Shown here one piece after another: positions 39,819-50,624 of a DNA stretch of 64,000 nt. Within the stretch, counting starts at the first letter, position 1. Every line of letters starts with the position of its first letter. Made by a program: the position numbers and the translations under genes. This stretch comes from an uncultured Actinomycetes bacterium (GTDB lineage: Bacteria; Actinomycetota; UBA4738; JBBDTT01), in contig CAVUMN010000003.1 in assembly GCA_963742735.1 (NCBI GenBank), positions 307,317-371,316 on the forward strand, given 5' to 3'. Under the pieces are notes generated by a model, which did no database searches, was not told the DNA's origin, and saw only the letters and a program-made list of their open reading frames with translations.

Positions 39819-40232
39819 TCAGCCATCGGCGAGGATCTCCCTGACTCGAGCCTCGCCGAGATGCTTCTCGAGCGTTTCTAGACGCCGCTGCCGATCCTTC
39901 TGCTCCCGCTCCCACTCCTCCCACCACTCGTCGAATTGGTCGCGTAGCACCTCCGAGCCCGGTTCGGTGCGCGGTGGGCTGGCCTCCTTCGCCACCGGCC
40001 CCAAGACACGCTCTAGAACCGTGGTAGCGGCGCGCAGACGGAGGCGCGGGTCCTCCGCATCGAGCAGGTCCACGAGCGTGGTGGCGGCCTTGTCCGCGTG
40101 GAGCTCGAGCCGCTCGAGGGTTTCCCCGATCCGATCTAGCCGGCGGCGTTCACGCTCGGCCGCACCAAGGACACCGTTCGCTTTGGGATCGGGACCGTCC
40201 GGGGAGCCGAAGGGCTTGCCTCGCACGGCCAC
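39819..40232 (-). CDS. hypothetical protein, paralog of 40252..40701 (FGxPDGPDP motif)
   Basis: Shares FGSPDGPDP...ERERRRL with neighbour's FGQPDGPDP...VRERRL; coiled-coil-like charged C-terminus. Confidence 0.5.
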   Translation of the reverse strand: MAVRGKPFGSPDGPDPKANGVLGAAERERRRLDRIGETLERLELHADKAATTLVDLLDAEDPRLRLRAATTVLERVLGPVAKEASPPRTEPGSEVLRDQFDEWWEEWEREQKDRQRRLETLEKHLGEARVREILADG

Positions 40233-40251
40233 CTGTCCGTTGCCGCTGTCG

Positions 40252-40701
40252 CTAATGGGGCCCCTCCGCTTGTTCGTGGGCTTCCATCTCGGCCAGCAGT
40301 TCGTCTACACGGCGGGAGAACTCGCCACGGGAGGTGTGCTCGATGTGCTGGTCGGCCTGGCCTATGGCCTGCTCAACTAGCCACCGGGCGTTCTGGGTGC
40401 GGATGGACCACGCCTCTTCGCCTTTGCGGGTGGCCCCCTTGATGGCCTCGAGGATGGTCTGGACAGCGCGAGGGGCGTTGAGGATCAGGGCTTGGCGGGT
40501 CTGGTCACGTCGCTGCTCGAGCCGGCGCTCCCTCACCTCGGTGGCTTTCCTGGCAGCCGCTACAGGATCGGGTCCGTCAGGCTGACCGAACCGGGTTCTA
40601 GAGCCCGCGTCACGCGGTCTGACCTGCTCATTCGCGGAGGCTCCCACGGCTCGATCGTATGGCCGGGGGGCGTTTGCATCGCGTTTGCGAGCCCCGAACA
40701 A
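40252..40701 (-). CDS. hypothetical protein, paralog of 39819..40232
   Basis: See above; tandem duplicated pair. Confidence 0.5.
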   Translation of the reverse strand: MFGARKRDANAPRPYDRAVGASANEQVRPRDAGSRTRFGQPDGPDPVAAARKATEVRERRLEQRRDQTRQALILNAPRAVQTILEAIKGATRKGEEAWSIRTQNARWLVEQAIGQADQHIEHTSRGEFSRRVDELLAEMEAHEQAEGPH

Positions 40702-40816
40702 AGGCCCGTTTACCTGCGGTTATGGGGAACCCTCTGGGTTGCTCACCCACTAGTTTGAGGTCCCCATTGACCATGGCGGAACCAGCGGCCGAGGATGGGG
40801 GATCGCGGGGGGCAGT

Positions 40817-41188
40817 ATGAGGCAGTACACGCAAGAAGAGCACGAGGCAGTCAGCCGAGCGATGAAGGACTTCTTTCGCGAGGTGGCCTCGCGCTTCGAG
40901 CACGTGGCCTTCCGAGACGATCTTCCCGGGCCCAGTGGCGAGCCGGGGGGGATCATCGAGCTCCGCTGTGAGCTTCCGGGTACCAGTCGGATTGCGGCGC
41001 TCGTCGGCGCGGATCAGATCGACCTATACCTCGGTCAGAGGACTTGGTGGGAGTTCCTACCCAGGTGGAAGGATCGGGGTCCCGAGCGGATGATTGCCCG
41101 GGTTCGCAACGCCATCGAAGACGTCGTGGCCGGGCGATTCAAGGAACGCATTGGATCTCGGATCGTGCGATATGCCCCGTACAGATAG
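40817..41188 (+). CDS. hypothetical protein (123 aa)
   Basis: RBS GGGGGG upstream of ATG; no family recognised. Confidence 0.45.
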   Translation: MRQYTQEEHEAVSRAMKDFFREVASRFEHVAFRDDLPGPSGEPGGIIELRCELPGTSRIAALVGADQIDLYLGQRTWWEFLPRWKDRGPERMIARVRNAIEDVVAGRFKERIGSRIVRYAPYR

Positions 41189-41223
41189 CTGATCGCGGAG
41201 GGACTATTGCGACTCGGCCACGC

Positions 41224-41772
41224 ATGAGAAAGCGAATCGGATCGGTGAGCCTCGCTCTTCTGGTCGCGTGCTCTGGCCCGGACAGTCCTCCCCAAGCCGA
41301 GCCCAGCGCCGCGCCGGCCAGTCCCTCCCCATCACCAGCGGTAGCGCTCTTGGACTTGGGGCAGGAGGGCAGCACAGCTGGCGGGACGCGAGTGACCGTC
41401 TACTCGGTCGCCCCCTCGAGTCGGAATGGCTACTCGCCACCGAGCGGGAGCACATGGCGCATCGCGGACACCAGGCTTTGCGCCTCGCTAGAGCAGCCTG
41501 GCCAGATCGGAGTGGGGCTGGTGGCGAGCTCGCAGTTCGTCGCCGAGAGTGCGGACGGGAGTTCCTACGCGGTGGACAGCGCCGGCGTTCTGTCGAACGA
41601 GCTGATGGCGCAACCCACACGGCTGCTCGATCCGGGCGAGTGCATCCGGGGACTGTTGGTGTTCGCTCTCCCGGCGCGGACGCCAGTTGCATCCGTTGTG
41701 TTCCTGGCAGCCAGCAGCCCCGATCCAGGCTCCGGCCTAACCGCGGCGATGAGGTGGCTCGTGCCGCGCTGA
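41224..41772 (+). CDS. lipoprotein (DUF4352-like beta-sandwich?)
   Basis: Lipobox LALLVACSG; start computed from ORF frame. Confidence 0.55.
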   Translation: MRKRIGSVSLALLVACSGPDSPPQAEPSAAPASPSPSPAVALLDLGQEGSTAGGTRVTVYSVAPSSRNGYSPPSGSTWRIADTRLCASLEQPGQIGVGLVASSQFVAESADGSSYAVDSAGVLSNELMAQPTRLLDPGECIRGLLVFALPARTPVASVVFLAASSPDPGSGLTAAMRWLVPR

Positions 41773-41849
41773 ACCGAGGGCCCGCCGTCGCTTTTCGCCC
41801 GCTTTTTCGCCAGTCAAAATGGCCCCCGCTCGGCCAGGGTCACCCATTT

Positions 41850-42313
41850 TGACCTGCGGTTTCTGTTGAGCCGGGCTCCAACGGACCTGGCCCCGCTAGA
41901 CCGATGCTTCTAGCATGCTGACCTGCGCTTTCCCCCCAGTTTCGGCCCAGTTCCGCGCCACCGAACTGGATATTGGGGTGGGGCCCCCTGCACGCCCCGC
42001 GTCACGCGGCCTGACCTGCGGTTTTTGGGAGAACGCTTCTACCGTTCTGACCTGCGGTTTTCATGGGGCTTGGCTTCATCCGAGCGACCTGCAACAACCC
42101 GCCCCCAAGCCGTGGATGATCCACGCTGACCTGCGGTTTTGGGTCGCCGGGGCGTCATGCGATGAACCCTTCCGACCTGCGGTTATCCCGTGGCCCCCCC
42201 CTACCCGCCGGTTCTACCGGTCTGACCTGCGGCTTTCGTGTGTCGTGGGCCCCCAACCCCCGTGCTTGTGAGGCACTAGGCTTTCGAGCGATGATCGTTC
42301 GTGACCTGCGGTT
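41850..42313 (+). repeat. cluster of nine direct 13-bp repeats TGACCTGCGGTTT (iteron/arm-site-like), noncoding
   Basis: Copies at 41850, 41919(v), 42012, 42048, 42085(v), 42127, 42173(v), 42222, 42301; three share extended TGACCTGCGGTTTTTGGG. Confidence 0.8.
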
Positions 42314-42475
42314 TTTGGGTCGCCGATCCCGCCGTCGATGCAAACGCTCTGCAAACGAACGCCGCACGTTCAAGCCTCGGCGAGACGGACGGGGGTGGAC
42401 AGGACGAGATGTGTTCCCGCACGGCCCAGCACGGGGCCGGACGCGACCTAGCTTGAGCGGACAGCGATCAGCAAA

Positions 42476-42521
42476 CTCATAACCCAGAGGTCACAGGTTC
42501 AAATCCTGTCCCCGCGACAAA
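42476..42521 (+). repeat. attR: duplicated 3' 46 nt of tRNA-Met followed by native terminator hairpin
   Basis: Identical to 33123-33168; followed by GAAGCCGCAGGtcacgcaCCTGCGGCTTC hairpin. Confidence 0.85.
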
Positions 42522-42617
42522 CGCGAAGCCGCAGGTCACGCACCTGCGGCTTCTCGCGTTGAAGGGGCGAATCCCCGGAGTCCGCGGCGGGTATGAACCA
42601 GGGAGGAGGTGGTCGTC

Positions 42618-42860
42618 GTGGCCGATCTCAGCCCCAAGCAGCGAGCACGGATCCCGAGCAAGAAGTTCGGGCTTCCCGAGAAGGCGCGCACGCCCGACGC
42701 CAAGAAGGAATCCGGCAACTACCCGATACCCGACCGTAAGCACGCGGTGAGCGCCAAGGGCCGTGCCAAGGCTCAGCTCAAGCGCGGAAACCTCACCAAG
42801 GACCAGTACGAGCGCGTGGTTCGCAAGGCGGACCGGGTCCTGAAGAAGGACGGCGCTTAG
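42618..42860 (+). CDS. small basic hypothetical protein (Lys/Arg-rich)
   Basis: RBS GGGAGGAGG then GTG; alt start 42609. Confidence 0.55.
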   Translation: MADLSPKQRARIPSKKFGLPEKARTPDAKKESGNYPIPDRKHAVSAKGRAKAQLKRGNLTKDQYERVVRKADRVLKKDGA

Positions 42861-43185
42861 CCCGAACGGGCTGGTCCCAGACCCACCAGGAAGGGGCGCT
42901 CGGCGCCCCTTCCTCCCGTTTGATCCCTTCTGTGCCTCCCGACCCCCCTGCTTACGGGCCATTTTTCTCCCGGGAGGGCGTATCCCTCGTGCTCCCGCGG
43001 CGCTTTGACGGAATAAGAAAGTCGGTTGCCGAAGGGGACTTCCCTACGGCCCGAGTCGAGAGGTCTGTTCGTATGACGGAAGCGTGGTCCCGAGTACTCG
43101 CAGCGGGGGTCGGTTTCTGCTACCGTCCGGCCTCGAGCGGGCGAGGACCCGGACGGCTCCGCGTCCCCGATGGGAGGTGTTCGGT

Positions 43186-44298
43186 TTGAAGACGAAGTTT
43201 CGTGTTCTGGTCGGGGCGGCGGCGTTCGTCGTACTGACCATTTTTGCGCTCTCCCCCGCGATGGCGGCCCCTGCGGGCAGCTATTCGGGAGTGGCGGACG
43301 GGACGGCACTGTCGCTCTCCGTTTCCACAGGCGGCGACCCGATTCTGTCGGTCGACGCCGGTATCACGCACGCTGAGGTCGACTCCTCGCCGCACGCGGC
43401 AGGGTCGGGCGCCGGCCTCGTTCAGCTTCCGGGAACGATTGCTGAGACCGACGCTCCGCCGGACGACACCAAGTCGGCCGAGCTCCTGAGCGTGCCGATC
43501 GGGGACCCGAACACCGCCGGCCTTGAGGTCGGAGTCGCGCGCGGAAGCTCCACGTCCGAGACCACGGGCGACCCGAGCTCGAGGAACGTCGGTGAGCTTC
43601 TCGCCGTCAACCTCAACGCGGCCAACCTGCTGGGGACGAACGACTTCGCGGTCCGCAGCACGGCGGACGTGGTCGTCGACGGCCAGCTGGTCACCGCGAC
43701 CGGTCACTCGGACGAGGTGGTCATCACCCTGGCGCTCGGTGACGAGCTCGTGTCTCCGGTGTGTGACCTGCTCGACGCTCTGCCGCTCGGCCTCGGTGAG
43801 GCCTGTGACAGCGCGGTCGACCAGGTTCAGCTCCTGACCACGGTCATCACCGTCAGGATCCTTCCGGCGACGGTTGAGTGCGTCTACGACGGCAACACCG
43901 GACTGGCGAGCGTTCCGACGGCTGAGGCGGCCCTTCTGACCGTCCAGCTGTTCGACGCGGAGCCCATCGCGGTGAGCGCCGGCCAGACGATCGACCTGCT
44001 CGACGGTACCCCGCTGCACATCCACGCCATCGTGAGCGACGTGTCCACGGTCGTGGAAGGCAACAGTGCGAGCGCCCGCGCAAGCGGCCTCGTGGTGGAG
44101 CTCTTCGAGGATGTGCTTCCACAGGTGCGTCTCGCGGCGTCCGACGTGACGTGCGGTGTCTCCGGCGAACTGCCGGTCGAGCCGCCGCCGGTCCCGCGGA
44201 CCCCCGTGACGGGTGGAGCTCTCCCGCCGATCATGCTCGGCGCGGCGGCTCTCGTCCTGGTGGGTCTCGGGGCGCGGAGGTTCGCGAAGGTCGCCTAG
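43186..44298 (+). CDS. secreted cell-surface protein with C-terminal hydrophobic anchor + basic tail
   Basis: TTG start after RBS GGGAGG; signal LKTKFRVLVGAAAFVVLTIFALSPAMA; C-term ...TPVTGGALPPIMLGAAALVLVGLGARRFAKVA. Confidence 0.7.
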   Translation: MKTKFRVLVGAAAFVVLTIFALSPAMAAPAGSYSGVADGTALSLSVSTGGDPILSVDAGITHAEVDSSPHAAGSGAGLVQLPGTIAETDAPPDDTKSAELLSVPIGDPNTAGLEVGVARGSSTSETTGDPSSRNVGELLAVNLNAANLLGTNDFAVRSTADVVVDGQLVTATGHSDEVVITLALGDELVSPVCDLLDALPLGLGEACDSAVDQVQLLTTVITVRILPATVECVYDGNTGLASVPTAEAALLTVQLFDAEPIAVSAGQTIDLLDGTPLHIHAIVSDVSTVVEGNSASARASGLVVELFEDVLPQVRLAASDVTCGVSGELPVEPPPVPRTPVTGGALPPIMLGAAALVLVGLGARRFAKVA

Positions 44299-44338
44299 GC
44301 GACCGGACCGATACCTTCCTACCCAGGGAGAATTTCAA

Positions 44339-45078
44339 ATGACGCGGGACGACAGTTGGATCAACGGCGAGGACGTCCCGCCGAAGGCAGAGGGCTCGGG
44401 GCGCCGCGGCGACAGCCGCCGCGGCGCCTCCGGTCCGCCGGCGGACACCCGATGGCGCAAGCGCAAGGGGGTCCGTAGGGCCCTCAACACGCTCTCGGTG
44501 GTCCTGGTCCTCGGTGGTGTCGGCCTCCTCGCCTTCCCGTTCGCCACGAACATGTGGGCGGACCACCGGCAGGGGGAGCTGGCGCAGGAGTTCGGACGCG
44601 AAGAGCTCCGCAGCGCGTACGTGCAGCACACCATCAAGCCGGGGCAGGCGCTGACCCGCCTGCGGATCCCCAAGCTCGGGGTGGACACCATCGTCGTCGA
44701 GGGGACCACGCCCTCGGCGCTGCGGGCAGGATCGGGGCACTACGAGAACACCGCCCTGCCGTGTGAGAAGGGCAACGCGGGTATCGCCGGGCACCGGACG
44801 ACCTACTCGAAGCCCTTTGCGAACATCGACAAGCTTCGACCGGGGGACCAGATCATCCTGGAGACCCCGATCGGGAAGTGCTGGTACGAGGTGGAGAAGA
44901 TGCCGTGGACGACCGACCCGTTCGACTGGACCATCGTGAAGAACGTCGGTGGCGCTCGTCTGACCATGTCGGCGTGTCACCCGCCGGGGAGCGCCGCCCA
45001 GCGGCTGGTCGTCCGGTCCAAGCTCGTCCGGACCCAGTTCCGCACCGAGGACGGCACGTTCGTGGACGCGGTGCAGTG

Positions 45079-45079
<1 letters not shown>
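44339..45079 (+). CDS. srtE: class E sortase
   Basis: N-terminal TM, GNAGIAGHRTTY (His), LTMSACHP (TLxTC-like Cys), RLVVRSKLV (Arg). Confidence 0.8.
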
Positions 45080-46134
<1,055 letters not shown>

Positions 46135-46172
46135 GCGGGCTCGAGCCCGGAGGTTCCTCAGGGGCGGCTAGA

Positions 46173-46610
46173 ATGCGGCCCATGCTCTCCAAGGCCGAGG
46201 TGCAGAAGCTCCTGTCCGAGGTCGGACTCTTCGCCGGCACCTCCAAGAAGGAGCTCGCCGAGATCGCCTCGGTGGCCAAGGTCGTCGACCACGCCGCCGG
46301 CGACGTCATCGCCCGGGAGGGCGAGCGTGGCCTGGGATTCTTCCTGCTCGCGGACGGCAAGGCGGAGGTCACGATCGGCGGCCAGCGCAAGGCCGTCCTG
46401 GAGCGGGGGGACTTCTTCGGAGAGGTCTCCCTGCTGGACGAGGGACCGCGGTCCGCGACGGTCACGGCCATGACTCCGGTGATCCTTCTGGGGGTCACCG
46501 CGTGGGCGTTCAAGGACCTCGTGGAGCGCCACGCCACCATCGGGCTGAAGATGCTGGAGACCGTGGCCGCTCGCGTGCGCAACGCCACGCGCGACGCCGC
46601 CACCCTCTAG
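46173..46610 (+). CDS. cyclic nucleotide-binding domain protein
   Basis: GDVIAREGERGLGFFLLADGKAEV...GDFFGEVSLLDEGPRSATVTA cNMP-binding fold. Confidence 0.75.
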   Translation: MRPMLSKAEVQKLLSEVGLFAGTSKKELAEIASVAKVVDHAAGDVIAREGERGLGFFLLADGKAEVTIGGQRKAVLERGDFFGEVSLLDEGPRSATVTAMTPVILLGVTAWAFKDLVERHATIGLKMLETVAARVRNATRDAATL

Positions 46611-46616
46611 CCGCGC

Positions 46617-47624
46617 GTGCCCGAGCTCGGGATCGTCGTCGGCGGGCCGCTGCCGGGGCTGGCCGAGATGGCCCGGCGCGCCGAGGACGCCGGGTACGAG
46701 AGCCTGTGGGTGGCCGAGACGTCTCGCTCGGCCTTCAGCCAGGCCGGCGTGGCCGTCCAGGCCACGTCGAGGGCGACGGTCGGGACGGCGATCGCACTGG
46801 CCTTCCCGAGGAGCCCGGCGATCACCGCGATGGAGTCCCGCGACCTCGACGAGCTGAGCGGCGGGCGGTTCGTGCTCGGGCTCGGCTCGCAGGTCAAGCG
46901 GGTGAACGAGCAGCGCTTCGGCGTCGCCTTCGAGCACCCGGCGCCGAAGATGCGCGAGTACGTGGAGGCGGTGCGCGCCGTCCTCGGATCGTTCGGCGGG
47001 ACGCCGCCCGAGCACCGCGGCCGGTTCTACGAGATCACGATGGCTCCGTTCCCGGGAGCCACGCCGCCCGCGCGGCCGCTGCCGATCTATCTCGCGGCCG
47101 TGAACGAGCGCATGGCCGAGGTCGCCGGCGAGGTCGCGGACGGCGTCCAGGGGCACCCGATGACCTCGCCCCGGTGGGTCCAGGAGGTCATCCGCCCGGC
47201 GATCGCCCGGGGTGCCGCCCGTGCCGGGCGGGATCCGGCCGAGGTGAGCGTGACCACCAACGTGATCCTGCAGGTCACCGACGATCCCGAGGTGGCCCGG
47301 CGGGAGGCGGCGGGCCAGCTCGCGTTCTACGCGACCACCCGGACGTACGCCCCCGTTCTGGAGATGCACGGGTTCGGGGACCTGACCGACCCGATCCGGG
47401 AGGCGTTCGGGCGGGGAGACCTCGGGGCGATGGTCGACCTCGCCCTTCCGATGGTGGAGACGCTCGCTGTGGCGGGCGACGTCCGGATGTGCCGGGAGCG
47501 GCTCGAGGCCTTCGACGGGATCGCCGATCGCATCGTCCTCGGCGGGGCTTGGGTCGGCACCGACCCGTCCCGCGTGATCGAGAACTACCGGGTCATCCTG
47601 GAGGCGTTCGGGCCGGCCGCCTGA
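46617..47624 (+). CDS. LLM-class (luciferase-like) flavin oxidoreductase, possibly F420-dependent
   Basis: Luciferase-like TIM barrel motifs (GYESLWVAETS..., FVLGLGSQVKRVNE...). Confidence 0.7.
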   Translation: MPELGIVVGGPLPGLAEMARRAEDAGYESLWVAETSRSAFSQAGVAVQATSRATVGTAIALAFPRSPAITAMESRDLDELSGGRFVLGLGSQVKRVNEQRFGVAFEHPAPKMREYVEAVRAVLGSFGGTPPEHRGRFYEITMAPFPGATPPARPLPIYLAAVNERMAEVAGEVADGVQGHPMTSPRWVQEVIRPAIARGAARAGRDPAEVSVTTNVILQVTDDPEVARREAAGQLAFYATTRTYAPVLEMHGFGDLTDPIREAFGRGDLGAMVDLALPMVETLAVAGDVRMCRERLEAFDGIADRIVLGGAWVGTDPSRVIENYRVILEAFGPAA

Positions 47625-48532
47625 TGGGCGAGGCCGACGCTCGCCGTCTGGCCGAGGAGCGTGCCGGGAGGCGCGCGGCCGGGGATTACGCCGCGGCCGA
47701 CGCCCTTCGCGAACGGATCGAGGCACTCGGGTTCCACGTCGCCGATACGGCCGAGGGCTTCACCCTGGTGCCGATCGAGACGGAGCCGGCCGAGCGGGTT
47801 CGGCTCCGCCCCGAGGACGTGGGGTCGGCTCTTGACGCGCCCCCGGACGTGGACGTGAGCATCCACTGGCTCGCGGAGGGCTGGCCCGAGGACGTCCTGC
47901 GAGGGATCGCCTCCTTCGATGCCCAACGGGGAGGGCGGCGGGTCCAGCACGTCGTGGTCGAGGCGGTGCCCGCCGACGAGGGCTGGCCGGAGGGGTGCGA
48001 AGTCCTCCCGATGCGGGAGGGGCTCGGGTGGGCGCGGTGTCGCAACGCCGGCCTCGCCCGCTCCCGAGGCGCCCTGGTGTTCGTCGTCGACGGCTCTACC
48101 CAGGCCACGGGGGACGTCTTCGATCCTCTCGAGGCCGCGCTCGCCGACCCGTCGGTGGGGATCGCCGGGCCCGTGGGGGCGGTCACCGACGAGCAGCTCC
48201 ACGAGTTCGTGCCCGCGACGGAACCGGAGTGCGATGCGATCGAGGGCTACCTGATGGCGTTTCGCCGGGAGGTGCTGACGCGCGGGGTTCGGTTCGACGA
48301 CCGGTTCCGGTTCTATCGATCGGCCGACCTGGACTTCTCGTTCTCCGTCAAGGACCTCGGGCTGCGTGCCCTGATGGTCGAGGTGCCGATCGAACGGCAC
48401 GAGCACCGGACATGGTGGACGACGGAGCCCGCCCGGCGGGCGCAGCTGTCCAAGCGCAACTACTACCGGTTCCTGGACCGTTGGCGGGGCCGTTCGGACC
48501 TGACCGTCAGCGGTCGGGGTTCGTCCGGGTGA
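47624..48532 (+). CDS. hypothetical protein, glycosyltransferase-like (low certainty)
   Basis: TGATG coupling with upstream gene; ARCRNAGLARSRGALVFVVDGST resembles GT-A DxD region. Confidence 0.45.
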   Translation: MGEADARRLAEERAGRRAAGDYAAADALRERIEALGFHVADTAEGFTLVPIETEPAERVRLRPEDVGSALDAPPDVDVSIHWLAEGWPEDVLRGIASFDAQRGGRRVQHVVVEAVPADEGWPEGCEVLPMREGLGWARCRNAGLARSRGALVFVVDGSTQATGDVFDPLEAALADPSVGIAGPVGAVTDEQLHEFVPATEPECDAIEGYLMAFRREVLTRGVRFDDRFRFYRSADLDFSFSVKDLGLRALMVEVPIERHEHRTWWTTEPARRAQLSKRNYYRFLDRWRGRSDLTVSGRGSSG

Positions 48533-50570
48533 CGCCCTCCTCGACGTCGACCGAGCCGGGCGGAGGCGGAAGGGAGACCTCCAGGGCCTCCCGCTTGGCC
48601 GCATCCGCGGCGGCCTCGGCGGCGGCGGCGCCCTGGGCGCGCTCCTCGAGGAGCTTGTCGACCTCGTCCTCGGAGGGGATCTCCGTCTCGCCGTCGATGA
48701 AGGCCTTGAGCTCCTCCCCCTCCATCACTTCCTTGGCCATGAGCAGCTTGGACAGGCGGGCGAGCATCTCGCTGCGCTCCTGCAGGATGGTCCGCGCGCG
48801 GCCGTGGGCCTCTTCGACCAGCCGGCTCACCTCGGCGTCGACTTTGCGCTGCATCTCCTCGGACATCTCGGGCCGGTCGTAGCCGAACAGGGGACGGCCG
48901 TCGGCGTTCCGGAACCCGTCCGAGGCGAACGACAGCGCGCCGATCACCTCGCTCATGCCGTACTCCACGATCATGGCCCGCGCGATCTGGGTCGCGCGCA
49001 TCAGGTCGTCCTGGGCGCCGGTGGAGATCTGCTTGAACGAGATCTCCTCCGCCGTCCGCCCGCCGAGTAGGATGGCCAGCCGGTCCTTCAGCTCGGGCTC
49101 GGTCAGGATGTAGCGGTCCTCGATCGGACGCTGCATGGTCATCCCGAGCGCGGCGGCCCCGCGGGGGATGATCGACACGCGGTGCAGGGGGTCGGCGGTG
49201 GGGACCGCGAGGGCCACCAGGGCGTGTCCCATCTCGTGGTGGGCGACGATCTCTCGCTGCTTCGGCGAGATGACGCGGCTCTTGCGCTCGAGCCCCCCGA
49301 CCACGCGGTCGATGGCCTCCTCGAGCTCGGCCATCGTCACCGAGTTCTTCTCGCGGCGGGCGGCGAGCAGGGCCGCCTCGTTCACCACGTTCGCCAGGTC
49401 CGCGCCGGTGAACCCGGGCGTCCGCGACGCGATGACGGAGAGGTCGACCTTGGGGTCGATCGCCACGCCGCGCGCATGGACCTCGAGGATCGCGGTGCGG
49501 CCACGGAGGTCGGGTCGGTCCACGATGACCTGCCGGTCGAACCGTCCGGGGCGCAGCAGCGCCGGGTCGAGCACGTCCCCTCGGTTCGTGGCGGCCATGA
49601 TGATGACGCCCTTGCTGGTGTCGAAGCCGTCCATCTCGACGAGCAGCTGGTTGAGGGTCTGCTCGCGCTCGTCGTGCCCGCCCAGGGATCCCCCGAGGGC
49701 GCCGGCCCGGGTCTTGCCGATCGTGTCGAGCTCGTCGAGGAATACCAGGCACGGGGCCTTCTCCTTGGCCTGCTGGAACAGCTCGCGGACGCGAGCCGCC
49801 CCCAGGCCAACGAACATCTCCACGAACTCAGAGCCGGACATGTAGAAGAACGGCACCTTGGCCTCGCCGGCCACGGCCCGGGCCAGCAGGGTCTTGCCGC
49901 AGCCGGGCGGGCCGAGCAGCAGGACCCCCTTGGGGATCCGGCCGCCGAGGCGCTGGTACTTCTTGGGGTTCTTCAGGAAGTCCACGATCTCGTGGAGCTC
50001 CTGGACCGCCTCGTCGACGCCCGCCACGTCCGAGAACGTCGTCTTCAGATCCTTGCGGTCGTAGATCTTGACCTTGTTGCGGCCCAGGTTGAGCGCGCCG
50101 GCGCCGGCACCGCCCATGGTTCGCCGGATGAAGAAGATGTAGAAGCCGATGATCAGGATGAAGGGCAGGATGTAGCCGAGCACCGTGCCCAGCAGGCCCG
50201 GCTGCACGCCCTTGACGCTGATGCCCTTCTCGGCCAGGTCGGTGGTGAGCCGCGTGGGGTCGTAGTTCGGGGGGATCGTGGCGGCGATCCGGCGCTCGCC
50301 CCCGTTCTCGAGCTCCTCGACGGCCACGATGTCGGAGGTCCCGATCTCGACGTCGCTGACCTTGCCGGCCTCCGCCAGCCTCAGGAACTCGCTGAACCCC
50401 ACCTGCCGGGTCGTGGCCCGAAGCGGGTTGAGCAGCAGGACCAGCAGCAGGAGGGCGATGACCACGTAGCCGACGGAGAAGCGCATGCGGCTCTTGCCCG
50501 GCCCGCCCTGCGAGCCCTGGCTCCCGCCCCCGAGGTCGAAGGGGAATCGGTTCTTCCGGTCATCAGGCAT
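48507..50570 (-). CDS. ftsH: ATP-dependent zinc metalloprotease FtsH
   Basis: Walker [19 protein letters not shown] zinc motif, N-terminal TM. Confidence 0.95.
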   Translation of the reverse strand: MPDDRKNRFPFDLGGGSQGSQGGPGKSRMRFSVGYVVIALLLLVLLLNPLRATTRQVGFSEFLRLAEAGKVSDVEIGTSDIVAVEELENGGERRIAATIPPNYDPTRLTTDLAEKGISVKGVQPGLLGTVLGYILPFILIIGFYIFFIRRTMGGAGAGALNLGRNKVKIYDRKDLKTTFSDVAGVDEAVQELHEIVDFLKNPKKYQRLGGRIPKGVLLLGPPGCGKTLLARAVAGEAKVPFFYMSGSEFVEMFVGLGAARVRELFQQAKEKAPCLVFLDELDTIGKTRAGALGGSLGGHDEREQTLNQLLVEMDGFDTSKGVIIMAATNRGDVLDPALLRPGRFDRQVIVDRPDLRGRTAILEVHARGVAIDPKVDLSVIASRTPGFTGADLANVVNEAALLAARREKNSVTMAELEEAIDRVVGGLERKSRVISPKQREIVAHHEMGHALVALAVPTADPLHRVSIIPRGAAALGMTMQRPIEDRYILTEPELKDRLAILLGGRTAEEISFKQISTGAQDDLMRATQIARAMIVEYGMSEVIGALSFASDGFRNADGRPLFGYDRPEMSEEMQRKVDAEVSRLVEEAHGRARTILQERSEMLARLSKLLMAKEVMEGEELKAFIDGETEIPSEDEVDKLLEERAQGAAAAEAAADAAKREALEVSLPPPPGSVDVEEGVTRTNPDR

Positions 50571-50624
50571 GGCCTACATCTTCCCACCCGGTCGCCCATT
50601 AGGACATGGCGGTATCGTGGCCGG

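Larger units (their letters stand above)
33123..42521. mobile_element. integrated element (about 9.4 kb) at tRNA-Met: int, XRE repressor, xis-like, DUF3987-like, secreted cargo; PICI/satellite- or defective-prophage-like
   Basis: Bounded by 46-bp direct repeats of tRNA 3' end; tyrosine integrase adjacent to attL; low-GC cargo block 38400-39700; native tRNA terminator hairpin displaced to attR. Confidence 0.8.

Noticed and set aside
41915-42271. 118-aa plus-strand ORF with repeated LTCGF
   Set aside because: The periodicity reflects the 13-bp DNA repeat array read as protein, so this is not a coding region.
41850-42313. Possible CRISPR array
   Set aside because: Repeats are only 13 bp, spacing is irregular (36-93 bp) and there are no cas genes. 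They were interpreted as iterons or integrase binding sites instead.
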